Source: Myxococcales bacterium UBA1238 (GTDB lineage Bacteria > Myxococcota_A > Bradymonadia > UBA7976 > UBA1532). Taken from it: DNA of 64,000 bases. The DNA lies in the NCBI GenBank assembly GCA_002309015.1, contig DBWM01000010.1, forward strand, positions 62,501 through 126,500, read 5' to 3'. Of the stretch, positions 10,849 to 19,782 are shown piece after piece (within the stretch, counting starts at the first letter, position 1; every line of letters begins with the position of its first letter). A program made the position numbers and the translations under genes. The notes below the pieces were generated by a model, which worked only from the letters and a program-made list of their open reading frames with translations, ran no database searches and was not told the origin of the DNA.

Positions 10849-11631
10849 ATGAGCAAGGTCTTGAGTGTTAAGGGATCGGGTTTACGCAACGATGAGTTGC
10901 GAGGGTACTTTAATCGCTTGATGGCGATCCTCATCGCCTTCAACGCTCTGCGCGGTTCGAGAGGACAAAAACTCAAGGCGGCGCACGACGCTTACGTTCA
11001 GGCCATCGATGGATCGAGCGCATCCAAGCTTTCGATCCGCGAATTTGATTCGCCCTGCGATTTGGCCTGGCGTTCACTCAAAGCACAAGTCCGTGCCGAC
11101 TTGTTGCATCACAGCGAAACACGGCGCAGAGCAGGCGAGCAGATCGATGGCTTGCTCTCCCCATTGGGCAATCCCACCAACCTGAACTACGATCAGGCCT
11201 ACGGCTTGATTCAAAGGGCGATCTCGACGCTGGACGGACTCGATCCACAGATTTTAGTGGATGCCCATATCGACGACATCTTCGCCCATTTGCATGCCTG
11301 CTACGACAAATTTGTTGCAGCCCAGGCCTCAGAGATGGCCCGTCGCGCCAATCGTCCGAAGGGGGCCGTTCGTGAAGCCCGACTCGCCCTGCTCAAGGCC
11401 TGGTCGGGTTATGTGCCCGCTTTGGAGATGATTGCTGAAGATGAGCCCGAGGCTCAAAAGGCGATCGACCAGATCAACGCATTGGTGGCTGAGTCCAATG
11501 CAAAGATCGCCCAGCGAAAAGCGAACGATGACGACGATGAAAACGAAAAGAAATCGAAGGCTGAAGGCAAGACCGAGTCTCCGAAAGCCGAAGATCCCGT
11601 AGTCGACGTCGAAGTGATCGAAGAAGACTGA
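10849..11631 (+). CDS. Hypothetical protein with a strongly acidic C-terminal tail (DDDDENEKK...EDPVVDVEVIEED)
   Basis: The ORF track reports 10591..11631 from a TTG. Its N-terminal 86 codons are the translated palindromic repeat array (HQIDLKK...LVHKIDLNSQ), so the likely real start is the in-frame ATG near 10849 (MSKVLSVKGSG). No recognisable domain. Confidence 0.45.
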   Translation: MSKVLSVKGSGLRNDELRGYFNRLMAILIAFNALRGSRGQKLKAAHDAYVQAIDGSSASKLSIREFDSPCDLAWRSLKAQVRADLLHHSETRRRAGEQIDGLLSPLGNPTNLNYDQAYGLIQRAISTLDGLDPQILVDAHIDDIFAHLHACYDKFVAAQASEMARRANRPKGAVREARLALLKAWSGYVPALEMIAEDEPEAQKAIDQINALVAESNAKIAQRKANDDDDENEKKSKAEGKTESPKAEDPVVDVEVIEED

Positions 11632-11782
11632 ATTTAAGGTTCAGCCGTTGCGGCCGCCCTCTCAGATTTTAAAACTGAGCGCAGAGTTCAAAGCTCAGGC
11701 GGCCGTTCAAATTCTTTTGAAGCCTTTAATGTCTTTCAGTCAGATGCTCCAAACACCGAACGTTTAAAGAGATGGCCCAACG

Positions 11783-14700
11783 ATGACCGATCGAGAGATG
11801 CAAAATTACAGCGGTCAGGAAGAGATCGTCGATCAAACCACCTTGATCGAGGCGAGCGCGGGCACGGGAAAGACCTATAACATTACGGAGCTCGTGCTTC
11901 GGCTGCTGCTGGAGCGCCATTTTAAACTGGAGAAGATGCTCGTGGTCACCTTTACCAGGGCGGCCACAGCGGAGCTTAAGGAACGCATCGACGCAAGGCT
12001 TCAAAAGAGTCTGATCCTGCTGCAACAGCACAAGCAAGGGATCAATCTGGAAGAGAACAAGGAGTTTCAGCAGCTGCAGGCGAGCATCCAAAAAGGGGAG
12101 CTTCAGATCGATGAGGCGATCACCTGTCTTCAGGATGCGCAGGACGCGCTCGATATGGGATCGATCTCTACCATTCACGGCTTCTGCCAGCGCATCCTGA
12201 CTTCGTTCGGTTTCGAGACCGATATAGAGTTTGAATCCGAGCTGCAAAACAATGTGGACGATCTGATGGACGAGATCATCCACGACTATACGCGCCAAAT
12301 CTATGAGACCGACGATCCCGAATGGTATCTCTTCCTTTCGTCGCTCAACATCTTCGAGCCGAGCGATCCCTATTCGCGTCAAACGCTAAAGGACGCCGTA
12401 AAACAGCTCGTGCGCGATCCTCAGCTGGTTTTGGATCCCAAGCCTTTATCATGGTCGGCCATCAAAGAGCATTTCGACCGGCTGATGGTGCAGAAGGAAG
12501 AGACCCAAAAACAATTGCGCGCCCTCCGCGATCTCTACCTCAGCGATCCTCCGGTTTTTGAAAAGTCAGCGCCCACAGAAGCGCAGAGTCAGTCGTTCAA
12601 AAACCTGCTGATGTGCGATCCGGTCTTCTCACTCGATGCGTTTTTATCGCTCATCACCATGGGACAGGTGATCGATCAGTATTCGGGAGAGACCCTGCCT
12701 TGCTCGCTTTCAAGCCTTCCGGGCTGGTCCGGATTGCCGCCTTTTCGCAAATACACCCGCTTCGCATTTCAGTATGATCGCTGCAAAACCCCAAAGCAGG
12801 TCGATCATTTGCCAAAGATTGTGGAGCTGTTCGAAGATCTGGTCGTTCAGCTCGCGCGAAAGACCGATCCACCGTATTTTCCTGAGCTCCAGGACTGCGC
12901 GATCGCTACGGCCACAAAAGAGGTGTACGACCGGCTGATTTTAAAGAAGCAGCAAAAGGGTGTGATGACCTTCGACGATCTTTTGACGCGCTTGTCTGCC
13001 GCATTGTCGTCCGATCAGGGGCCTGAGCTCTGCCGGATGATCCGCGAGCAATACGACGCCGCGCTCATCGATGAGTTTCAGGACACCGATGACACCCAAT
13101 GGAAAATCTTTAGCCAGATCTTTCAGGGCAAACCCCTCTATTTAATCGGCGATCCCAAGCAGTCGATCTACGCGTTCCGAGGCGCAAACATCCACACGTA
13201 TCTCGCTGCCAAGCAGTCTGCCGGATCAAGACAGTTTACGATGCAGACCAACTGGCGATCAGATAAACCGCTCATCTGTGGCATGAACCAGCTCTTTGCC
13301 AATCCAAAGGCTTTCGGCGCTGAGGGCATCGATTACGTGCAGGTGCAGGCGTCCGAAAAACATTTGGAGAGTGGCTACGCTCAGGAGATCGGGGTTCAGG
13401 AAAAGCCGATTCAGATCCGTTATTTTGATGACGCGATTCAAAACGGATCGAGCGGCGATCCGATCTCGGGATCGGGTCAGCAATTGCCGCAGATCCTCTC
13501 GAAGGTGGTCGCGCAGGACATCCTCAGATTTTTGGAGACCCGGCCTTATTTAAAGTCGGACGATCCGCAAAAGATCGAGCGCGTGCATCCGGGGCATCTG
13601 GCCGTTCTGGTCAGTACCAACAACGAAGCGCTCGAAATGCAAAAAGCTCTCTTTCAGGTCAACATCCCTGCTGTGCTTTCGGGCATGGGATCGGTTTACG
13701 ATTCACAGGCGGCCATCGATTTACTCTATTGGATCGACGCCTGTTTAACGACCAACAACAGCAAAAAGCTCTGCACCTTCGCCTCAACCCCTCTCTGCAA
13801 CCTCTTCGAGGCACGCGATCTCGCGCTTTTAAATCAGCCTGAAGATGTTGAAGACGCGGATCAAATACAGGTGGAAGAGCGCTTTGAAACCCTGCGCAAC
13901 CGCTTGATCGAATGGCGAAAGCTGATCGAATCCCACGGCTTCCTCTTCACCTTCCATCAGATGATCGAGCAAATGGAGCTGCTCGAACGTCTGCTCTCTT
14001 TGACCGACGGTGAGCGCTACGTGACCGATCTCTTTCAGCTGGGCGAGCTCCTGTTCTGCGCCGAGCACGAGCAACATCTCAATCTGGATCAGCTGCGCGA
14101 ACATCTGGCGGCCGAAATCGCCAAAAAAAAGGACGATCTCGAAGGCAAGCCCGACATTCGGCAGCTTGAGAGCGACGATCACGCCGTCCAGATCATGACC
14201 GTCCATAAAAGCAAGGGCCTGCAGTTCCCCTTTGTATGGATTCCCTTTTTACTGAAGGGCGCATCCTTTCAAAAATCGTTCAGCGTCACCGATTTGAAGG
14301 AAGGATCGAAAGAAAAGAAGCTCTGCCTTCACAAATTCGATACCGAGCATGGCCAGGAGGCCGCAGTTAAAGAGCAAACCGATCTCGAGCAGGAGATGAT
14401 GCGCAAGCTCTACGTCGCATTGACGCGCCCGCAGCACCGCGTGACCGTCTATTTGGGCCAGATGAAGTCCGAGCAGTCCGAGCGGGCACCGTTAAAACGC
14501 CTGCTGAACATCCAGCCTCAGGAAAAGCCGTCCAAAAAAACGCCGAAAGACGCAGAAGCATTGGCGAAATGCAAGAGCCTGTTCGATGCGCTGCAGGCGA
14601 TCTCTTCGGAGTTCATCGAGATTTCGGCCTGTCAGCCTCCGATCGAAGGCGCATTCTGGCAGGATCCGTTTTTGGAAGCGCCGGAACTCTGCGCAGCCGA

Positions 14701-15712
14701 GTATTCGCGTCAAAACTGGGACCGAAGGTTTGCTACGAGAAGCTATTCGAGACTCGCAGAAGGCTGCCCTGAATCGCCGGTCGCCCATCCAATCCCCATC
14801 GATGGCCCGCCTCTGATCGATGGCGATGAGTCCAATGCGACAGAGGATCCGGAACTCGATTCAGACATCGAACAAAATGGAGAAGATGAGCCGGATATCG
14901 CGGAAGAAAGCGGCCTCCTTTTCAACGGACTCCCAAGAAACCGGCAGTTCGGCTCCGCAATTCACTGCCTCTTTGAAAACATCGACTTCTGCAACTACGT
15001 CAAACCCGGTTTTTGCGACAGCCCCGAGATGCGCCAGATCTCGCAGCTCTGTTTAAGGCGCGAAGGCCTCGTGCTCTCGGCCGAGGATCACCAGTCGGTG
15101 CGCCACGACGTCAAAACGCTGCTCGAAGCGCCGCTTTTGATCCCCGAGTTTCCGCATCTCTCGCTCTCTCAAATTTCAAACGACCGCCGCCGCTGCGAAT
15201 TTGAATTCGATCTCAGCGTTTGCAAGGGCGCTCTCTGGCGCATGGGCAGGGCTTGCAAGATCGAACGCTTCGCAGACATCATGGCAGCCGATCATTTTTG
15301 GGAAGAAGACTACCTGCCCAAATTAAAAGGTGTGCTCGCCACATGGGATGAGATCGCCGGCTATCTGACAGGCAGCATCGATCTCGTCTTTACATGCCCC
15401 GGCCAGACCATCGATCGCTACGTGATCGTGGATTACAAGACCAACAGCCTTGCAAGCTACCAGCCCAAAGATTTAAGGGCCGCCATGGCCTCTCACCATT
15501 ACTTCCTTCAGGGCTATATTTATATGGTCGCCCTCCACCGCTTCTTAAAGCAACGGCTTTTAACGTACGACTACGATCGGAACATGGTGGGCATCGAAAA
15601 TTTGTTCCTGCGCGGCATGGGCAGGGCAGGCGAGGGTTGCTATTTTTATAAGCCGTCCAAAGCGGTGATCGAGCAGCTCGACGCCCTTTTAGAGGGAGAG
15701 GATGCGGCATGA
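11783..15712 (+). CDS. recB: Exodeoxyribonuclease V beta subunit RecB (UvrD-type SF1 helicase plus C-terminal PD-(D/E)xK nuclease)
   Basis: 1309 aa. Walker A TLIEASAGTGKTYNITE, the SF1 helicase motif series, and the C-terminal nuclease motif IDLVF...VIVDYKTNSL. Confidence 0.88.
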   Translation: MTDREMQNYSGQEEIVDQTTLIEASAGTGKTYNITELVLRLLLERHFKLEKMLVVTFTRAATAELKERIDARLQKSLILLQQHKQGINLEENKEFQQLQASIQKGELQIDEAITCLQDAQDALDMGSISTIHGFCQRILTSFGFETDIEFESELQNNVDDLMDEIIHDYTRQIYETDDPEWYLFLSSLNIFEPSDPYSRQTLKDAVKQLVRDPQLVLDPKPLSWSAIKEHFDRLMVQKEETQKQLRALRDLYLSDPPVFEKSAPTEAQSQSFKNLLMCDPVFSLDAFLSLITMGQVIDQYSGETLPCSLSSLPGWSGLPPFRKYTRFAFQYDRCKTPKQVDHLPKIVELFEDLVVQLARKTDPPYFPELQDCAIATATKEVYDRLILKKQQKGVMTFDDLLTRLSAALSSDQGPELCRMIREQYDAALIDEFQDTDDTQWKIFSQIFQGKPLYLIGDPKQSIYAFRGANIHTYLAAKQSAGSRQFTMQTNWRSDKPLICGMNQLFANPKAFGAEGIDYVQVQASEKHLESGYAQEIGVQEKPIQIRYFDDAIQNGSSGDPISGSGQQLPQILSKVVAQDILRFLETRPYLKSDDPQKIERVHPGHLAVLVSTNNEALEMQKALFQVNIPAVLSGMGSVYDSQAAIDLLYWIDACLTTNNSKKLCTFASTPLCNLFEARDLALLNQPEDVEDADQIQVEERFETLRNRLIEWRKLIESHGFLFTFHQMIEQMELLERLLSLTDGERYVTDLFQLGELLFCAEHEQHLNLDQLREHLAAEIAKKKDDLEGKPDIRQLESDDHAVQIMTVHKSKGLQFPFVWIPFLLKGASFQKSFSVTDLKEGSKEKKLCLHKFDTEHGQEAAVKEQTDLEQEMMRKLYVALTRPQHRVTVYLGQMKSEQSERAPLKRLLNIQPQEKPSKKTPKDAEALAKCKSLFDALQAISSEFIEISACQPPIEGAFWQDPFLEAPELCAAEYSRQNWDRRFATRSYSRLAEGCPESPVAHPIPIDGPPLIDGDESNATEDPELDSDIEQNGEDEPDIAEESGLLFNGLPRNRQFGSAIHCLFENIDFCNYVKPGFCDSPEMRQISQLCLRREGLVLSAEDHQSVRHDVKTLLEAPLLIPEFPHLSLSQISNDRRRCEFEFDLSVCKGALWRMGRACKIERFADIMAADHFWEEDYLPKLKGVLATWDEIAGYLTGSIDLVFTCPGQTIDRYVIVDYKTNSLASYQPKDLRAAMASHHYFLQGYIYMVALHRFLKQRLLTYDYDRNMVGIENLFLRGMGRAGEGCYFYKPSKAVIEQLDALLEGEDAA

Positions 15713-17751
15713 AGCCCTCATTTGGAAATTCACCCGCAAGCCAGGAGCTCGACCGGCGCGCCGAACCCTTTTTAAAGGCCGGCGTCGTTCAGGATGGGCA
15801 TCTCTCGGCGATTAAACTCTTAAGCGATCTCTCCGGCGAGCAGCGCTACGAAACTTTATTGCTTTGCCTGCTCACGCTGGCTGCCCTCGATCGCGGCGAC
15901 GTCTGCTTCGATCTTTTGCAACCCGAGTCTCCGCTTCAGATTGAGTTGAAGAACGGCGTCACGTTTGAAGCGTTAAAAGCCTTTTTGCCCACGCATGCCT
16001 TTAAAGATCGCTCGCCCTTTTTGATGAGCCCCCTGATCGAGCGCTATGGTGAGCGATCACATTCAGATGAACGGCTGACAGCAGGCGAGGGGAGCGGGCC
16101 AAAAACGTTGGGTGCACCTGCATATCACATCGATCGCCCCTTCGTTCTGGATGGCCATCGCCTCTACCGGCAGAGATCGTACATCGAAGAGCGCCAGGTC
16201 TGCGATCGCTTAAACCAGCTGGCCCTTCAGACGCGCGAGACGGGCAGCCGCCTGATCGATGCCACCGCTTTAAACCGGGGACTCGACGCGATCTTCGGCA
16301 AAGCGAGCGATCAACCCGGAAGAAAAGCGGTCTTAGGCAGCTTTGACAGCGCCTTAACCGTCATTACCGGCGGCCCTGGCACCGGCAAGACCTGGACCGT
16401 CCGCAATTTGATCACCCTGCATTACATTCAGCGCGAGCTCGAACGCCTGAAGGATCCGCAGCTGCCCGAACTTTCGGTCGCCCTAGCGGCCCCCACCGGC
16501 AAAGCGGCCATGCGGATGGTCGAATCTCTGCAAAAGGATCTCGATCGCTTCATTGCGGAAACCGTTCCCAGACTTTTGGAGGGCCTGCCCTTAAAACCGG
16601 AAGGTCTTCAATTCTTTTTGGAGCATCTGCAGGCCTCCACACTGCACCGCCTTCTGGGCGTCCGCCGCTTCGATCCCGGATCCTTCGTCCATCACGCCCA
16701 AAACCCCCTCTGCCTCGATCTTCTGGTGGTCGATGAAGCCTCGATGATCGATCTCGCCCTCATGCGATCGCTGCTCCTCGCGGTTTCGGATCGCTCGCGC
16801 CTGATCCTGCTCGGCGATCCCAATCAGCTGGCCTCGGTGGAAGCGGGCAATGTTCTGGGCGATATCGTTTCAACAGAGCTCGATGCCTGCGCGGTCGGCC
16901 GTCAAATCTTCAGACTCACGGTGAACCACCGCGCAAAAGATGCTCCAAAACTCGCCGAATTCTCGGCCTTATGCTGCAACATCGACGCTGAGCAGGATGA
17001 ACAGGCGGCTGTAGAAAAAGTCGTCGGCTGCCTTCAAAACGAAGGTCAGATCCGCCTCTTAAGCTGGCCCTCCGAAACCTGCGCGATCCCCGACTCGATT
17101 CTAAGCGAGATCGTCGAACAATATTCGAGCTACATCGACTGCCTCTGCAAAGGCCCCGATCCCGATGAAAGCGAAGAGGATCATTTAAGCCGCGCCTTCA
17201 AACTGTTTTTAAGGTTCCGCGTCCTCTGCGCCCACCGCGACGGCCCCTTTGGGGTCTCCGGCTTAAACGCCGCCATCCTCTCCAAACTGCGTTTAAGATA
17301 CGGCATCCCCTTCAACCGCGAGCTCATCGGCCGTCCGATCCTCATCCTGCAAAACGATCCCCAAACGGGCCTCTTTAACGGCGACATCGGTCTCTGCGTC
17401 CAGCACGCCCAAAGCTTAAGGGTCGCCTTCCAAAGCCCCAGCCCGTCGCGCCCCTTCATGTGGTTCAGTCCCGCTCAGCTTCCCGATCACCAGACAGCCT
17501 TTGCGATGACGATCCATAAGAGCCAGGGATCCGAATTCGACCACAGCTTCGTCATCCTCCCGCCGAAGAAGAGCCCCATTCTGACGCGGGAACTCGTCTA
17601 CACCGCCGCCACCCGCGCCAAAACGCAATTAACCGTGGTCAGCGACAAAAACATCCTGACCGAAGCCTTAAAACAACGCGTCCTCCGCGCCTCAGGCCTC
17701 TCGGAACGCCTGATGATCTGCAAACAGCAGAAGGGGAGCCTGAACAAATGA
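15709..17751 (+). CDS. recD: Exodeoxyribonuclease V alpha subunit RecD
   Basis: 680 aa. Walker A TVITGGPGTGKTWTV and the C-terminal motif MTIHKSQGSEFDHSFVIL. Its start overlaps the recB stop (ATGA). Confidence 0.88.
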   Translation: MKPSFGNSPASQELDRRAEPFLKAGVVQDGHLSAIKLLSDLSGEQRYETLLLCLLTLAALDRGDVCFDLLQPESPLQIELKNGVTFEALKAFLPTHAFKDRSPFLMSPLIERYGERSHSDERLTAGEGSGPKTLGAPAYHIDRPFVLDGHRLYRQRSYIEERQVCDRLNQLALQTRETGSRLIDATALNRGLDAIFGKASDQPGRKAVLGSFDSALTVITGGPGTGKTWTVRNLITLHYIQRELERLKDPQLPELSVALAAPTGKAAMRMVESLQKDLDRFIAETVPRLLEGLPLKPEGLQFFLEHLQASTLHRLLGVRRFDPGSFVHHAQNPLCLDLLVVDEASMIDLALMRSLLLAVSDRSRLILLGDPNQLASVEAGNVLGDIVSTELDACAVGRQIFRLTVNHRAKDAPKLAEFSALCCNIDAEQDEQAAVEKVVGCLQNEGQIRLLSWPSETCAIPDSILSEIVEQYSSYIDCLCKGPDPDESEEDHLSRAFKLFLRFRVLCAHRDGPFGVSGLNAAILSKLRLRYGIPFNRELIGRPILILQNDPQTGLFNGDIGLCVQHAQSLRVAFQSPSPSRPFMWFSPAQLPDHQTAFAMTIHKSQGSEFDHSFVILPPKKSPILTRELVYTAATRAKTQLTVVSDKNILTEALKQRVLRASGLSERLMICKQQKGSLNK

Positions 17752-17822
17752 CGCTGATGCCTGAAACGCTGCGGTTGCTGGCGCTTCGATTCCGTTTAGA
17801 CCGCTGATCTGAGGAAGAGACG

Positions 17823-19373
17823 ATGGCTCATTCTCAAAAGATGGTGCGATGGGGACTCACTGCAGGGATCCTCATCGTTCTGGCGCTCACGTTCTGGGTG
17901 AAGCTCTCGATCGAAAAGAAAAAGAACGCCCAACAGCTCGAGCGGGAAGAGGATCCCGAACACCAGGCCGCCCTTGCGATCTCGAAAGCCGATGAAGCGC
18001 TGCTTCAAAATCACCCCGATCTGGCGCTGGCCGAGTTTCAAAATGCGATCGATCTCTGGGAAAAGATGGAAGGCGAGACGCCCAAATGGAATGCGCTCGC
18101 AACCCGCGATCGCGCATTGCAGCTGCTCAAAACTTTAGGCCGCAACTCCGAGGCGCGCCAATGGGCCGAAACCGTTTTCACTCAAAGCCGCGCGCTGTTT
18201 CAGGCAGCTCCCACGGAATCGAGAAGGCAGAAAGCGTATCTCTCGGCTGCAAAAAACGTTTCGAATCTGGAAGATCCCCTGCATCGCCGCCACCAGCCCG
18301 CAACCGCAGAGGCTGCATTGGCAGTAGATGCCACTGCAAACATCGCTCCTTTGGAAGCGATCGTTCTGGGTGAGCTCTCCAATTGCTTTCTCGATGCGGC
18401 CAAACGCTATGCCGAAGCTTCTGCAACCGAAGACGCGATCGCTCTGCTCGAGAAAGCGACTTCAAACGCCAAAAAAGCGGCGCCACTTCGCGAGGATCCC
18501 TCTGAAGCCCTGATGGCTCAGGAACGCATCGCCACTGAAGCCATGCAAATCGCCGAAATGCTGGCCGATCGACAGCGAAGCAGGGAAGGGAAAACGGGAT
18601 CCGGTGCGAAAGCGAACGCGGAGACGGCGGATCCAAAAGATGCGGATGTGGGATCGCTGAAGCCGCTGGCTGATCTCAATGCGCTTGCGGATCGCTATGG
18701 CCGCATGGCCCTCGATGCCCTCGATTTGGAGCTCGAGTTTGCCCCGGAGGCGCGCCTTTTAAAACAACGCCAGGCTGCGCTCTACCTGCGGCTGGCCGAT
18801 CGCGGCGCAAAAAACGGCGGAATCCTGGATGCGGTGACGGCTGACTACGCTGCGGCTGTGCGCCTTCGCCGAGCGCTCCGCGATGCCGGTGATGTGAAGG
18901 AACAGCGAAACCTGGTGCGCGCCCTCGAAGCCTTTGGCATCTGGAAATCACGCCAGGGGCAGGGCATTGAAATCTTAAAGGAGGCCGCAACGGAAGCCCA
19001 AGCGCTGGATAAAAAGGATTTGGACATCGCAGCATCGGTTTACGGGCAGCTTGCAAAAGCGCTGAGCGATCAAAAAAAGTTTGTGGAAGCGCGTTCATTT
19101 GCAAAAGAGGCCTACGATGCGGCAACGGAGTTTGCTCAAAAACAAGGAAAGACCGGTGAAAAGGAATGGGCGATCGCTGCCCTGCGTTACGCCCGCCTGC
19201 TCCGCATGAAGCCGAATCCTCAAAGAGCGCAGGCTCTGGAGATCGCGCAAAAAGCGAAGGAGCGCCTCAAAAATGAAGGATCTGCGCCTGTAAAGGGAGG
19301 AACATCGAAGGAAATGGAACCGCTGATCCGCGCTCTGGATGCGCTCATCGATGAATTAAAATCTGTAAAATAG
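17823..19373 (+). CDS. Hypothetical membrane-anchored alpha-helical/TPR-like protein
   Basis: 516 aa. A good SD (aggaag) precedes the ATG. One N-terminal TM helix (LTAGILIVLALTFWV), then an Ala/Glu/Arg-rich helical region with TPR-like repeats. Confidence 0.5.
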   Translation: MAHSQKMVRWGLTAGILIVLALTFWVKLSIEKKKNAQQLEREEDPEHQAALAISKADEALLQNHPDLALAEFQNAIDLWEKMEGETPKWNALATRDRALQLLKTLGRNSEARQWAETVFTQSRALFQAAPTESRRQKAYLSAAKNVSNLEDPLHRRHQPATAEAALAVDATANIAPLEAIVLGELSNCFLDAAKRYAEASATEDAIALLEKATSNAKKAAPLREDPSEALMAQERIATEAMQIAEMLADRQRSREGKTGSGAKANAETADPKDADVGSLKPLADLNALADRYGRMALDALDLELEFAPEARLLKQRQAALYLRLADRGAKNGGILDAVTADYAAAVRLRRALRDAGDVKEQRNLVRALEAFGIWKSRQGQGIEILKEAATEAQALDKKDLDIAASVYGQLAKALSDQKKFVEARSFAKEAYDAATEFAQKQGKTGEKEWAIAALRYARLLRMKPNPQRAQALEIAQKAKERLKNEGSAPVKGGTSKEMEPLIRALDALIDELKSVK

Positions 19374-19782
19374 ATGCAAGCGGGCGGTTCAACGGAAGAG
19401 CGCGCGATGGTTTTGGCGTATGGTCGTGGTGGTTGTAGGGATATGCGGAAGGCTGATGCGAGCGGTGGTGGGGAAAAAAGCTTTGAGGAAGAGAAAGACC
19501 GGGCAGCTGGGCGATGAAAATGATTTGGATGGTGTGCTGGTTTTGATGCCTATGCGTTAAATATTTATGATGCGCTGGCTTTTAAAAACGGCGTATGGAC
19601 GGGCCTGGAGGGCGTTTTGAGGCGGACATGGCATCGGGCAGCTGATGGGCTTCAGAATGGGGTAAAAGAAAAGGCCGGGAGCATGTGTGGTTTGGGGGCA
19701 ACTATGGGTAAAAAAACAACTTTTTGAATGAGTCGCGTTTTCTCTACTCGACATCCGGTTTGGTTTTCGGTAAATTTATAAG

